From an uncultured delta proteobacterium (GTDB lineage Bacteria > Myxococcota > Myxococcia > Myxococcales > Anaeromyxobacteraceae): 64,000 nucleotides of DNA. The stretch covers positions 32,001 to 96,000 of the forward strand of contig CAWHDZ010000031.1 of NCBI GenBank assembly GCA_963828255.1, in the 5' to 3' direction. Shown piece by piece: positions 21,768 to 31,638 of this stretch. The notes beneath the pieces were generated by a model, which saw only the letters and a program-made list of their open reading frames with translations, ran no database searches and was not told the origin of the DNA. The stretch's first letter is position 1. Each line of letters begins with the position of its first letter. Made by a program: the position numbers and the translations under genes.

Positions 21768-22352
21768 GTGCGCGCGCTCCTCCGCCTCGGCCCGTACGCC
21801 CTCCTCGCCGCCGTGGCGGCCGGTCTCGCCGTGCGGTGGGACGACCTTCCGGCCCGCTACCCGGTGCACTGGGGACCCAGGGGCGTGGTGTGGGCCAGCC
21901 TATCGGTCCGCTCCGTGGGCGCGCCGCTCCTCATGGGTCTCGTGGCCGTCGTCTGGGCAGGCGGGCTGCGCCGGTTCTTCCTTGCCAACTCGTCCCCGGC
22001 ACCGGACCCGTCCCGGGCGCGAAGGCTCCTCGTCGCGGTCACGGCGGCGATGCAGTGGTTCCTCGCCCTCCTGTTCGGGCTCGCAGCGATCCCCCGCCAG
22101 GGTCCGGGTCTCGTGATCGCTGGGGCGGGGATCGGGTTCCTCCTGATGCCGCTGGCCCTCCTCGCCACCTACGCCGGGAAGCCCCCGCCCCCGGAAGCCG
22201 AGCCGCCCCCGCCGCCGGACGGCTGGCTCCTCGTGCCGCGCGAGAACGGAGCCGGCTACTCCATCCGTCCGGGACACCCGCGCGCCTGGCAGGCGATCGC
22301 GCTCGTCGCGGCCGGCCCGCTCGCGATCATCGCCGTCGCGATGGCGACGTGA
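21768..22352 (+). CDS. DUF1648-like membrane protein
   Basis: WDDLPARYPVHWG motif; several TM segments; C-terminal VPR..G.GYSI. Confidence 0.7.
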   Translation: MRALLRLGPYALLAAVAAGLAVRWDDLPARYPVHWGPRGVVWASLSVRSVGAPLLMGLVAVVWAGGLRRFFLANSSPAPDPSRARRLLVAVTAAMQWFLALLFGLAAIPRQGPGLVIAGAGIGFLLMPLALLATYAGKPPPPEAEPPPPPDGWLLVPRENGAGYSIRPGHPRAWQAIALVAAGPLAIIAVAMAT

Positions 22353-22998
22353 CGGCTGCCAGCGCGCGCCCCGCCGCGATCACCTTCTCCACCGCCCGCG
22401 CCGGCAAGGGCTCGCACGAGCCCATCGCCCGGGCCTTCGCCGCCACCTCGCAGACCCGCTCCAGCGTCTCCATCCGGTCGAGGGCCTGGAAGAGGTCCTT
22501 CCCCAGCGCCAGCGCGCCGTGCCGCTCGAGGAGGATCACGTCGTGCCCCTTCCAGAAGGGGGCGAGCGAGGCCGGGAGCTCGTCGGTGCCGGGGGTCGCG
22601 AAGGGGGCCAGGGCGATGCGCCCCAGCACCAGGACCGCTTCGGGAAGGAGGTCGTTGGGCGGCGCGACGCCGGCGACCGTGAAGGCCACCGCCGTGAGCG
22701 GGTGGGCGTGCACGACCGCCGCGACGTCGGGACGGGCCGCGTAGGCCGCGAGGTGCATGCGCAGCTCCGTGGACGGGCGCCCGCGGCCGCGGAGCCGCTT
22801 CCCGGAGAGGTCCACGACCGTGAGGTCGGCAGGCCGGATGTGCCCCTTGTTCGCCCCCGAGGGTGTCACCAGGAGCCGGTCCTTGCCCAGCCGGCAGGAG
22901 ACGTTTCCCTCGCCGGCGCCGATGAGGCGGCGGTCGTGCATGCGGCGGCAGACCTCGACGAGGTCGCGGCGGAGGCTGGTCTCGGTGGGCTGCGGCAT
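22327..22998 (-). CDS. Class II aldolase/adducin family (fuculose-phosphate aldolase-like)
   Basis: EGNVS, TPSG, PSTELRMH, VVHAHP, LERHG. Confidence 0.92.
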   Translation of the reverse strand: MPQPTETSLRRDLVEVCRRMHDRRLIGAGEGNVSCRLGKDRLLVTPSGANKGHIRPADLTVVDLSGKRLRGRGRPSTELRMHLAAYAARPDVAAVVHAHPLTAVAFTVAGVAPPNDLLPEAVLVLGRIALAPFATPGTDELPASLAPFWKGHDVILLERHGALALGKDLFQALDRMETLERVCEVAAKARAMGSCEPLPARAVEKVIAAGRALAAVTSPSRRR

Positions 22999-23051
22999 GA
23001 CGGGGGAGTCTAACCCAGGAGCCCCGGACCGGATGGTATCCTCCGGCCCCC

Positions 23052-24791
23052 ATGGATTCCCGCGCACGACGGACCACCCTGCTCGCCGCCGCGGTCGGGC
23101 TCGTGGTCGCCGCCGGGTACCTCCCCACGCTGCGCGCCGGCCTGGTCTGGGACGACACCACCTACGTCCTGGCCCAGGGCGGGCGTCACCTGGCCGGGGC
23201 GCTGACCGGCGACCTCATCGCCGGGTCGAACCCGGCCCACGGCCCGGTCGGCTACTACCGGCCGGTGCCGGTCGCCACGTTCTGGCTGGCCTCGCGCATC
23301 TCGCCGGAACCGGCGATTCATCACGCAGTGGGGGTGATCTTCCACGCCCTCGCCGCAGCGCTCCTCTTCGCGCTCCTCCTGGGCCGCCTGGGCGCAGGCG
23401 GGGAGGCGCCTTCGGTCGTGGGTGCGCTGGCCTGGGCGTTCCACCCCGCGAACGTGGAACCGGTCGCCTGGGTCTCCGGACGCTACGATCTGCTCGCCGG
23501 GCTCCTCGCCGTCGCCTTCCTCGCGCTGCCCTGGCGCCCCGGGCTCCGCCGGGCGGCGGCGCACGGGCTCCTGTTCCTGGCCGGACTCCTCTCCAAGGAG
23601 GGCTTCGTGGCGCTCGCGCCGGTCGTCCTGGTCGAGGACCTCGCGTCCCGCCGCAGCGCGCGGGAGGCCTGGCCCCGATGGGCCGCCGTGGTCCTGGCCA
23701 TCGCCGCGTGGGCTGGACTGCGTGCGGGTCTCGGGATCGCCGCGGTGGCCCCGGCGCCCCTGGCCTCACTTCCCGGCCATTACCTCTCCACGGTGGCCAC
23801 CTACCTCCTCCGCGCCGTCGCACCGCTTCCTCTCACCGTGAGCCACGGGTACGCGATGGGGAGCCCGGCCATGCTGGCGCTGGGAGGGGCCGCCGTGGCG
23901 GCGTTCCTGGCGCTGGCGCTGCGCCGACGTTCCCTGGCCGTGCCCTGCGCGATCTTCCTCGCCGGGATGGCCCCGGTCGCCATGGCGGCGGGGCGGCTCG
24001 GCCAGGCCCCCGAACGCTACTTCTACCTTCCCTCGCTGGGGCTGGCCTGGCTCCTCGCGGCGGCGCTCCAGGCCCTGGCTTCCTGGCGCCCGGCGGCCGG
24101 CCGGGCGGCGCTGGCGGCGGCCGCGCTGGCCGTCGCGGCCGGCGCGGTGGCCTCGGCGAGGCGGCTGCCGGACTGGGTCTCCGACGAGGCCCTCTTCTCG
24201 GCGGCGCTCCGCGTGGACCCGCGCGACCCGCTCGGAAACCTCTTCTTCGGGGTGGCGGCGGGACGGGCCGGCCGGCTCGACGAGGCCCGGCGGACGCTGG
24301 AGCGCGGGAGGGAAGGGGACCCGGGTTCGGCCCGCGTCGCCGGGGCGCTCGCCTGGGTCCACCTGCGCCGCGGCGACGGCCCGGCCGCGCTCGTGGAGGC
24401 CCGGCGCGCCGTCGCGCTCGCACCGGGCTTCCCGGAGGCGCGGCTCCACCTCGCGAACGCCCTTCACCTGGCGGGCGACCACCCGGGCGAGCTCGCCGAG
24501 GCCACCCGGGCGGTGGCCCTCTCTCCCCGCTACCGGGAGGCGCGCACGGTGCGTGCCTTCGCGCGATGCGAGGTGGAGCGGGATCCGGCCTGCGAGGCGG
24601 ACCTCGACGCGCTGGAGCGGGACGGGTCGCTCGCCGGAGCCGACGCCCTGGCGGCGCGGGTGGAGGCGGCCCTCTCGCGGCGCGACCCTGCCGCCGCGGG
24701 GGAGAGGGTGGCCCGCCTGCGCGGCGCCTACCCGGGCGACCGCCGGCTCCCCCAGCTGGAGCGCGCCCTGGCCACCCAGCAGCCGCGCTGA
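23052..24791 (+). CDS. Multi-TM GT-C-like protein with C-terminal TPRs (TMTC-like)
   Basis: WDD, YYRP, HP..VE.VAWVSGR.DLL, LSKE, ERYFYLPS motifs followed by TPR-like repeats. Confidence 0.8.
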   Translation: MDSRARRTTLLAAAVGLVVAAGYLPTLRAGLVWDDTTYVLAQGGRHLAGALTGDLIAGSNPAHGPVGYYRPVPVATFWLASRISPEPAIHHAVGVIFHALAAALLFALLLGRLGAGGEAPSVVGALAWAFHPANVEPVAWVSGRYDLLAGLLAVAFLALPWRPGLRRAAAHGLLFLAGLLSKEGFVALAPVVLVEDLASRRSAREAWPRWAAVVLAIAAWAGLRAGLGIAAVAPAPLASLPGHYLSTVATYLLRAVAPLPLTVSHGYAMGSPAMLALGGAAVAAFLALALRRRSLAVPCAIFLAGMAPVAMAAGRLGQAPERYFYLPSLGLAWLLAAALQALASWRPAAGRAALAAAALAVAAGAVASARRLPDWVSDEALFSAALRVDPRDPLGNLFFGVAAGRAGRLDEARRTLERGREGDPGSARVAGALAWVHLRRGDGPAALVEARRAVALAPGFPEARLHLANALHLAGDHPGELAEATRAVALSPRYREARTVRAFARCEVERDPACEADLDALERDGSLAGADALAARVEAALSRRDPAAAGERVARLRGAYPGDRRLPQLERALATQQPR

Positions 24792-25823
24792 TCAGAGGAT
24801 CCGCGCCGCCAGCAGGTCCTGCACGTCGAGGAGGCCGACCGCCCGGCCACCGGCATCGACCACCGGCACCTGGTCGATGCGGGCCTCGCGCATGACCCGG
24901 GCCGCCTCGACCAGCCGCTCGTCGGGGCGCACGGTGCGGGGGTTCCGGGTCATCACCGACGACATCGGGGCGTCGAAGTCCACCTTCTGCTGCTCCACCA
25001 TGCGGCGCAGGTCACCGTCGGTGAACACCCCGAGGAGCTTGCCCCGCCCGTCCACCACCGTGGCCGCGCCGGGGCGCCCCACCGTGCGGGTCATCACCGC
25101 CACCGCCCGCTTGAGCGGCGCGGTGTCCCGCACCAGGGGATTGGCCTCGCCGGCGCGCATGAGCTCGTGCACCTTCATGAGGTGGCGCCCCAGCTTCCCG
25201 CCGGGGTGGTAGAGCGCGTACTCGTCGCGGCCGAATGGGCGGTTCTCCAGCACGGCCATGGCCAGCGCATCGCCCACGGCGAGGAGCGCGGCGGTGCTGG
25301 TGGTGGGGGCGAGCCCCATGGGGCAGGCCTCCTCGACGTCCCCGATGGCCACCACCAGGTCGGCGGCCCGGGCCAGTGGATTCTGGTCGTCGCGGGTGAT
25401 GGCCACGACCCGCGCCCCGATCCGCTTCACCGCGGGGAGCAGCCGCAGGATCTCCTCCGACTCGCCGCTGTTGGAGAGCGCGAAGATGACGTCGGCGCGG
25501 GAGACCCGCCCCAGGTCGCCGTGGGCCGCCTCGGCCGGGTGGAGGTAGAGGGAGTGGGTGCCGGTGGAGGCGAGCGTGGCCGAGATCTTCTGGGCCACGA
25601 AGCCAGGCTTGCCGATGCCGGTGAGCACCACCTGCCCCTTGCAGGCCAGGATCCACTCGACCGCGGTGGCGAAACGGTCGTCGAGACGGAGGCTCCCGAT
25701 GGCCCGCGCCTCGGTGTCGAGCACCATTCGCCCGTAGGCGACGAGCGCCTTCGTGCGCGCGGAGGAGGTGCGCCGGGGCGCCTTCCTCGGCTCGGGTCGG
25801 CGGGCGGATTTCCGGCTCGACAT
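24792..25823 (-). CDS. kdsD: Arabinose-5-phosphate isomerase KdsD/KpsF (SIS + CBS pair)
   Basis: TGIGKPG, ATLASTGT, HPAEAAHGDLG, EACPMGLAPTTST, HPGGKLG, TDGDLRR. Confidence 0.93.
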   Translation of the reverse strand: MSSRKSARRPEPRKAPRRTSSARTKALVAYGRMVLDTEARAIGSLRLDDRFATAVEWILACKGQVVLTGIGKPGFVAQKISATLASTGTHSLYLHPAEAAHGDLGRVSRADVIFALSNSGESEEILRLLPAVKRIGARVVAITRDDQNPLARAADLVVAIGDVEEACPMGLAPTTSTAALLAVGDALAMAVLENRPFGRDEYALYHPGGKLGRHLMKVHELMRAGEANPLVRDTAPLKRAVAVMTRTVGRPGAATVVDGRGKLLGVFTDGDLRRMVEQQKVDFDAPMSSVMTRNPRTVRPDERLVEAARVMREARIDQVPVVDAGGRAVGLLDVQDLLAARIL

Positions 25824-25875
25824 GCTCGCGTCCGTATAGCACCTTGCCCCGGACACCACCATTTCGGGAGGCAGC

Positions 25876-26526
25876 GTGAAGTTCTTCATCGACACCGCGG
25901 ACGTGGGCGAGATCAGGAAGGCCCTCGACCTGGGGCTCTGCGACGGCGTGACCACCAACCCGTCGCTGGTCGCGAAGACCGGCCGGCCGTTCGAGGAGGT
26001 GCTGCGGGAGATCGTGGGTCTGGTGCAGGGCCCGGTCTCGGCCGAGGTCACGGCGACCGACTTCGACGGCATGATGCGGGAGGCCCACGTCTACGCGAAG
26101 TTCGCGCCCAACGTGGTCATCAAGGTCCCGCTGATCCTCGAGGGGCTGAAGGCCACGAAGGCCCTCACCGACGAGGGCATCCGCACCAACGTGACCCTCT
26201 GCTTCTCGCCCAGCCAGGCGCTGCTGGCCGCCAAGGCCGGGGCCACCTACGTCTCCCCCTTCGTGGGCCGCCTCGACGACGTCTCCGAGGACGGGATGGC
26301 GCTCATCGCCCAGATCCTGGAGATCTACCGGAACTACGACTTCGCCACGCAGGTGCTGGTGGCCTCGGTGCGCAACCCGCTCCACGTCGTGCAGGCGGCG
26401 CGCATGGGGGCCGACGTCGCCACCATCCCGTTCCCGGTGCTGGCGCAGCTGGCGCAGCATCCGCTCACCGACATCGGCCTCGCGAAGTTCCTCTCCGACT
26501 GGAAGAAGGTCCCGAAGCCCGGGTAG
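25876..26526 (+). CDS. tal: Transaldolase / fructose-6-phosphate aldolase family
   Basis: [40 protein letters not shown]. Confidence 0.93.
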   Translation: MKFFIDTADVGEIRKALDLGLCDGVTTNPSLVAKTGRPFEEVLREIVGLVQGPVSAEVTATDFDGMMREAHVYAKFAPNVVIKVPLILEGLKATKALTDEGIRTNVTLCFSPSQALLAAKAGATYVSPFVGRLDDVSEDGMALIAQILEIYRNYDFATQVLVASVRNPLHVVQAARMGADVATIPFPVLAQLAQHPLTDIGLAKFLSDWKKVPKPG

Positions 26527-26529
26527 GCG

Positions 26530-26979
26530 CTACGAGAGCGTGACCCGGAAGAGCTGCCGCTCGGCCAGGTCCACGGCGCGGGCCAGGTCGGGGCGGGTGA
26601 GCTTCGCCCCCTCCGCCCAGTCCTTCAGGGAGAGGCACTCCTCGCCGACGTAGAGCAGGAGCAACTGCAGGGCCGCCTGCTCGGCGGGGCCCTGGCAGGT
26701 CATCGGCGCGCGGTTGCGCATGGCCTCGTCGAAGGCCTCGTGCTCGCGGAGCAGGTCGATCCGGGCGAGCTCGAGCCCGAGCCGGAGCACCTCTTCACGG
26801 AGAGGCAAGGCCAGCCCGGCCGCGTAGCGGAGCCGGAGGTCCTCGGTGAGCCATTCGACGCCGGCCGGGGGCCAGGCCCGCAGACGGGTGGCCAGCTCCT
26901 CGGCGAAGCGCGCCAGGATGACCTCCTTCACCGGCTGCTTCTGGGCGTCGTAGAGGTGATCCCAGCGGCGGTCGCGCAC
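26530..26979 (-). CDS. Hypothetical protein
   Basis: Fills the gap between tal and aroF; protein-like composition; TAGAAT 6 nt upstream. Confidence 0.65.
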   Translation of the reverse strand: MRDRRWDHLYDAQKQPVKEVILARFAEELATRLRAWPPAGVEWLTEDLRLRYAAGLALPLREEVLRLGLELARIDLLREHEAFDEAMRNRAPMTCQGPAEQAALQLLLLYVGEECLSLKDWAEGAKLTRPDLARAVDLAERQLFRVTLS

Positions 26980-27103
26980 GGGGGGATTCTATGGCCCTTC
27001 CAGGCCCCGAAGAAACCCAGGAATCTCCGCAGCATCCAGGTTATTCGTCCGCGGAGGCGCCGGGTTGTATCCTCGCGCCCCTTCGAGGAGGCCTGGAACC
27101 CGC

Positions 27104-28117
27104 ATGCTGGTCGTGATGAAGCCGGACGCCACCGAGGCGCAGGTGGACGCAGTGGTCGAGAGGATCCGTTCCATGGGGCTCGTGCCCCACGCCATCCCCG
27201 GCGCCCAGCGCACCGCCATCGGGATCACCGGCAACAAGGGCGGGCTCGACCCGTCCCTCTTCGAGGGGCAGCCGGGGGTGCGCGAGGCCATCCGCGTCTC
27301 GCAGCCCTTCAAGCTCGTCTCCCGCGAGGTCAAGGCGGAGGACACCGTCATCCAGGTGGGCGGCGTCTCCATCGGCGGCCCGCGCATCGTCGTGATGGCC
27401 GGCCCGTGCTCCGTGGAGTCGAGGGAGCAGATCCTCGAGTCGGCACGCGAGGTGAAGGCGGCGGGCGCCACCATGCTCCGCGGCGGAGCGTACAAGCCCC
27501 GCACCAGCCCCTACGAGTTCCAGGGATTGGCCGAGGAGGGCTTGAAGCTGCTCGCGCTGGCCCGTGAGGAGACCGGCCTCCTGGTGGTCACCGAGGCCAT
27601 GGATTCGGAGACCCTCGCCATGGTCGCCGACTACGCCGACCTGGTGCAGATCGGCGCCCGCAACATGCAGAACTTCTCGCTCCTGAAGCAGCTCGGGAAG
27701 CTGGGCAAGCCGGTGCTGCTCAAGCGCGGGCCGTCCTCGACCATCCGCGAGTGGCTCATGGCCGCGGAGTACGTGGTGGCCCACGGCAACCCGCGCGTGG
27801 CCCTGTGCGAGCGGGGCATCCGCACCTTCGAGAACGCCACCCGCAACACCCTCGACCTGAACGCCGTGCCGGTGCTGAAGTCGCTCACCCACCTGCCGGT
27901 CGTGGTGGACCCGTCGCACGGAATCGGGCTGCGCGCCCACGTGCCGGCCATGGCCCGCGCCGCCGTGGCGGCTGGCGCCGACGGACTCATCGTCGAGGTC
28001 CACCCCTGCCCGGAGAAGGCGCTCTCCGACGGGCAGCAGTCGCTCACCCCGGGCGAGTTCGCCGGCCTGATGGCGCAGGTGAAGGTCATCGCCGGCGCCG
28101 TCGGACGCCCCGTCTAG
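27104..28117 (+). CDS. aroF: DAHP synthase type I-beta with N-terminal regulatory domain (copy 1)
   Basis: [44 protein letters not shown]. Confidence 0.96.
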   Translation: MLVVMKPDATEAQVDAVVERIRSMGLVPHAIPGAQRTAIGITGNKGGLDPSLFEGQPGVREAIRVSQPFKLVSREVKAEDTVIQVGGVSIGGPRIVVMAGPCSVESREQILESAREVKAAGATMLRGGAYKPRTSPYEFQGLAEEGLKLLALAREETGLLVVTEAMDSETLAMVADYADLVQIGARNMQNFSLLKQLGKLGKPVLLKRGPSSTIREWLMAAEYVVAHGNPRVALCERGIRTFENATRNTLDLNAVPVLKSLTHLPVVVDPSHGIGLRAHVPAMARAAVAAGADGLIVEVHPCPEKALSDGQQSLTPGEFAGLMAQVKVIAGAVGRPV

Positions 28118-28163
28118 CCCCTTCCGGTCCCGCCAAGCCGGCGCCAGGCGCCGAGGAGTCGTC

Positions 28164-29180
28164 ATGTTCATCGCCATGAAGCCCCACGCCACGCAGGCCG
28201 ACTTCGACGCCGTCGTCGAGAAGGTCCGTGCGCTCGGCCTCACCCCGCACCCCATCTCCGGCACCGAGCGGCGCGTGGTCGCCGTGGTGGGCAACACCGG
28301 CGCGGTGGACCCCGACGACTTCGCCATGCTCCCCGGCGTGGCCGAGGCCCTGCGCGTCTCGCAGCCCTTCAAGCTGGTCTCCCGCGAGGTGAAGGAGGAG
28401 GACACCGTCATCGACGTGGACGGCGTGCAGGTGGGCGGACGCGCCATCACGGTCATGGCCGGACCCTGCTCGGTGGAGTCCCGAGACCAGATCCTCGAGA
28501 CCGCACGCGCGGTGAAGACGGCTGGGGCCAGCATCCTGCGCGGCGGGGCCTGGAAGCCGCGCACCAGCCCCTACGAGTTCCAGGGGCTGCGCGAGGAGGG
28601 CCTGAAGCTGCTCGCGCTCGCCCGCGAGGAGACCGGCCTCAAGATCGTCACCGAGGTGATGTCCACCGACACCGTGCCGGTGGTGGCCGAGTACGCCGAC
28701 ATCCTGCAGGTGGGCGCGCGCAACATGCAGAACTACCCGCTGCTGGAGCGGCTCGGCCAGATCCGCAAGCCCATCATGCTGAAGCGGGCCCTCTCCGGGA
28801 CCATCAAGGAGTGGCTCATGGCCGCCGAGTACATCGTGGCCAAGGGCAATCCCAACGTGATGCTCTGCGAGCGGGGCATCCGCACCTTCGAGACGGCCAC
28901 CCGCAACACCCTCGACATCAACGCCATCCCGGTGCTGAAGAGCCTCACCCACCTGCCGGTCATCGTGGACCCGTCCCACGGCATCGGCATCCGCAAGCAC
29001 GTCGCGGCCATCGCCCGCGCCGGCGTCGCCGCCGGGGCCGACGGCATCATGATCGAGGTGCACCCCAGGCCGGAGAAGGCGCTCTCCGACGGCCACCAGT
29101 CGCTCTCCTTCCCGGAGTTCGACGCGCTGATGCGCGAGGTGCGGGTGATCGCGCTCGCGGTCGAGCGGCCGGTCATGTAG
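28164..29180 (+). CDS. aroF: DAHP synthase type I-beta (copy 2)
   Basis: Same motifs as copy 1; diverged paralog. Confidence 0.96.
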   Translation: MFIAMKPHATQADFDAVVEKVRALGLTPHPISGTERRVVAVVGNTGAVDPDDFAMLPGVAEALRVSQPFKLVSREVKEEDTVIDVDGVQVGGRAITVMAGPCSVESRDQILETARAVKTAGASILRGGAWKPRTSPYEFQGLREEGLKLLALAREETGLKIVTEVMSTDTVPVVAEYADILQVGARNMQNYPLLERLGQIRKPIMLKRALSGTIKEWLMAAEYIVAKGNPNVMLCERGIRTFETATRNTLDINAIPVLKSLTHLPVIVDPSHGIGIRKHVAAIARAGVAAGADGIMIEVHPRPEKALSDGHQSLSFPEFDALMREVRVIALAVERPVM

Positions 29181-29409
29181 GGCGGGCCGCCTGGCCCTCC
29201 GCTTCCCACTGGAACACCTCGTCGAGCGGCTTGCCGAACACCGCCGCGATGCGGAATGCGGCCTCCAGCGAGGGCGAGTACTTGCCCGCCTCGATGGCGG
29301 CGATGGTCTGGCGGGTGACGCCGATCGCCTTGCCGAGGTCCGCCTGGCTCATCTCGCCGGCGAGGAAGCGCAGGGTGCGGATCTGGTTGGTGAGCTTGCC
29401 GCCGTTCAT
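29173..29409 (-). CDS. Small Cro/CI (XRE) HTH regulator
   Basis: [35 protein letters not shown]. Confidence 0.92.
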   Translation of the reverse strand: MNGGKLTNQIRTLRFLAGEMSQADLGKAIGVTRQTIAAIEAGKYSPSLEAAFRIAAVFGKPLDEVFQWEAEGQAARPT

Positions 29410-29834
29410 TTCAGGCCCCGGCGGTAGCCCAGCACGATCGCGGCGTAGCTCACCGTCTCGGCGATGATCACCGAGGCGACCATGGAGTTGACGATGTGCC
29501 AGCCGGAGCTGGTGAAGGGCATGACGCAGCCCACGTACAGGGCCAGGCCGATCAGGACGTAATAGGCGATGGTGCTGGCGCGGCGGTCGATGGCCTGGTC
29601 GCGCTCGTCGGCGACGCCGCGCTCGTCGCGGGGCGTCGTCATCCGCACGAGCAGCCGTCCCAGCAGCACCCACACCGCATTGCCCCCGGCCGCGGCGGCG
29701 AACAGGGCCATCAGTCGGAGGTTGGGGAGCGGCTGCTCCAGGAGCGGGGACCGGTAGGTGATCGCGAAGTAGGGGCCGTAGCAGACGGCCATGCCGACCA
29801 GGGAAAGCCAGGCGAGCTTTTCACGATAGGGCAT
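29406..29834 (-). CDS. DUF2178-like membrane protein
   Basis: DERD..I.RRA motif between TM helices; overlaps the HTH start codon. Confidence 0.72.
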   Translation of the reverse strand: MPYREKLAWLSLVGMAVCYGPYFAITYRSPLLEQPLPNLRLMALFAAAAGGNAVWVLLGRLLVRMTTPRDERGVADERDQAIDRRASTIAYYVLIGLALYVGCVMPFTSSGWHIVNSMVASVIIAETVSYAAIVLGYRRGLK

Positions 29835-29867
29835 CGAGCCGATCCTTTGTTCGTTTGATTTGTCATG

Positions 29868-29908
29868 ATGTAAAGGTAATCGAACATGATGTCAAATGAA
29901 AATAACGT
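29868..29908. promoter_or_regulatory. Two tandem ATGT-N12-AC(A/G)T operator-like sites overlapping a minus-strand TTGACA
   Basis: ATGTaaaggtaatcgaACAT (29868-29887) and ATGTcaaatgaaaataACGT (29889-29908) in an AT-rich island; tgtcaa at 29890-29895. Confidence 0.55.
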
Positions 29909-29976
29909 GATGGTTGAGTTTCATTCCTTCTGCTCCGACGAGGCGCACCCCAGGCAACCCCAACTGCGGACGCTCG

Positions 29977-30174
29977 TCAGCGGGTCTCGGGAGCGGGGTG
30001 GGAGAACAGGGCCACGCCGAGGTAGAGGGCGCCCGTCACCTGAAGGGCGAGCACGCCCACCGCCGAGGCCTGGATGCCTGCGGGTGCCAGGATCTCCTGG
30101 GGAAGGAACGACAGGGCGACGGCCGCCGCGCCGGTCGTGAGCGAGGTCGCCATCATCAGGAGCTTCGTGTTCAT
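29977..30174 (-). pseudogene. Probable 5' fragment of a small membrane protein (MNTKLLMM...)
   Basis: Two TM-like segments, then an abrupt end in non-coding-looking sequence. Confidence 0.45.
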
Positions 30175-30183
30175 CGAGTGGTC

Positions 30184-30270
30184 CGGGTCGAAAGGCTCGC
30201 GTACGACGAGATCGCCGCGGCGCTCCGGATCACGCGGGGAGCGGCGAAGGTGCGCGCCCACCGCGCGCGT
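30184..30270 (+). pseudogene. ECF sigma factor region-4 remnant
   Basis: VERLAYDEIAAALRITRGAAKVRAHRAR with no region 2 upstream. Confidence 0.65.
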
Positions 30271-30318
30271 CACCCTGGCGGCGCTGCAGGCAGCGCGGGA
30301 ACCGAGAGGAGAAGCACC

Positions 30319-30600
30319 ATGATGCCCAGCCGAGACGTCGTTCGAGATCTCCTGCCCCTCTACGTCGCCGCCGCCCCGGTGCTCGCCGCGGAGGTGGAGG
30401 CGCTTCGCAATTCCGACTCCACGGCAACGCCGGTGCCGGCCCGGGCCGCGGACGGCGATCGGGTCGCGCAGGCGCGCATCCGCGAGGCGGTCCGTACCCG
30501 GAGCGTCCTGCTCGGGATCGCCATCCCGGCGCTCGTCGCCGGGGTCGGCTGCTGGGTGGGCTGGTTCCTGCTGGGGCGCCGGATCAGCAGGAACGCCTGA
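30319..30600 (+). pseudogene. Anti-sigma factor-like remnant (probably internally deleted)
   Basis: GAGGAG RBS; VVRDLLPLYV typical of anti-sigma N-termini, but no HxxxCxxC region; C-terminal TM; follows the sigma remnant. Confidence 0.5.
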
Positions 30601-30677
30601 AATTGCCCCACGACCGCCCCAAGGGACCATCGATCTTCCCCGGGCGGGGGCAAGGTGACGAGGGTAGAAGCTGCCCG

Positions 30678-31295
30678 ATGCCGCCCCTGCGCCTCACCGG
30701 ATTCCTGATGATCCTGCTGACGGCCGGCTGCGCGTTCGTCGAGCACGCTCCGCCCGGAAGCGGAACGGCGGCGGCGGTCGCGGCGCCCGCGCCAGGGGCA
30801 GCGACGCCCGCGCCCACCGCACCGGCCGCACCCGGAGTCGTCGAGCCCGTCCCGCCCAGGGCGCCGTCCAAGGCGGTGGGCGGCGCGAAGGCCGCATCGC
30901 CTGCCGCAAAGCCGGTCGCCAAGGCCCCCGCGCCCTCGCCAGTGTCGACTGCACCGGCATCGACGGGCGCAGCCGTCACACCCCCCTCGCCGGCGAAGCC
31001 GCCGCTCGACCTGAACGCGCTGGAAGCCCGGCTCCGGGAGACCGATGCGATCGGCATGTTCACCAAGATCGCGCTCAAGAACCAGGTCGAGGATCTCCTC
31101 GATCAGTTCCGGGATTACTACGCCGGCAAGGTCAAGACCTCGCTCTCCGAGCTGAGGCCACCCTACGATCGGCTGCTCCTCAAGCTGCTGGCGCTCCTGC
31201 AGGACGAGGACCCGGACCTGGCGCGCGCCATCGCGGATTCCCGCGAGCCGATGTGGAGCATCCTGGCCGACCCGGACAGGTTCGCCACCCTCTGA
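30678..31295 (+). CDS. Lipoprotein with Pro/Ala-rich linker and helical C-terminal domain
   Basis: Lipobox TAGC; C-terminal LDLNALEARLRETDAIGMFTKIALKNQVEDLL. Confidence 0.7.
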   Translation: MPPLRLTGFLMILLTAGCAFVEHAPPGSGTAAAVAAPAPGAATPAPTAPAAPGVVEPVPPRAPSKAVGGAKAASPAAKPVAKAPAPSPVSTAPASTGAAVTPPSPAKPPLDLNALEARLRETDAIGMFTKIALKNQVEDLLDQFRDYYAGKVKTSLSELRPPYDRLLLKLLALLQDEDPDLARAIADSREPMWSILADPDRFATL

Positions 31296-31308
31296 CCGGA
31301 GAAGCGAC

Positions 31309-31563
31309 ATGAACAGGCGAACGATGGTGCTGGCGCTGGCGATCGCATCGATGTCCTTCTTCCCGGGGTCGTCGCGGGCAGACGAGGACCCGGCGCTCCT
31401 GAAGGACATGACCTCGGTGATCGCACTGCTCGGGCTCCCCTGCGGACAGGTCGTCAGCGTGGAGAAGAAGGGCGAGAACGACCACGTCGCGACGTGCAAG
31501 GACGGCAACCGCTACCGGGTCGCCCTGAACGCGGCGGGCCGGGTCGTGGCGACGAAGCAGTAG
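31309..31563 (+). CDS. Small secreted protein with two Cys
   Basis: GGAGA RBS, signal peptide, PCGQV...TCKDGNRY. Confidence 0.7.
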   Translation: MNRRTMVLALAIASMSFFPGSSRADEDPALLKDMTSVIALLGLPCGQVVSVEKKGENDHVATCKDGNRYRVALNAAGRVVATKQ

Positions 31564-31573
31564 GCGCGAGAAA

Positions 31574-31602
31574 GCGGCCCGAGGGTTTCACCCCTTGGCC
31601 GC
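31574..31602 (-). terminator. GC hairpin between convergent genes
   Basis: gcggcccgaggg-tttca-ccccttggccgc, preceded by aaa on + (short U tract on -). Confidence 0.45.
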
Positions 31603-31638
31603 CCTGGCTCACGCGCACGCCCGGAGGCGAGAGCCATA

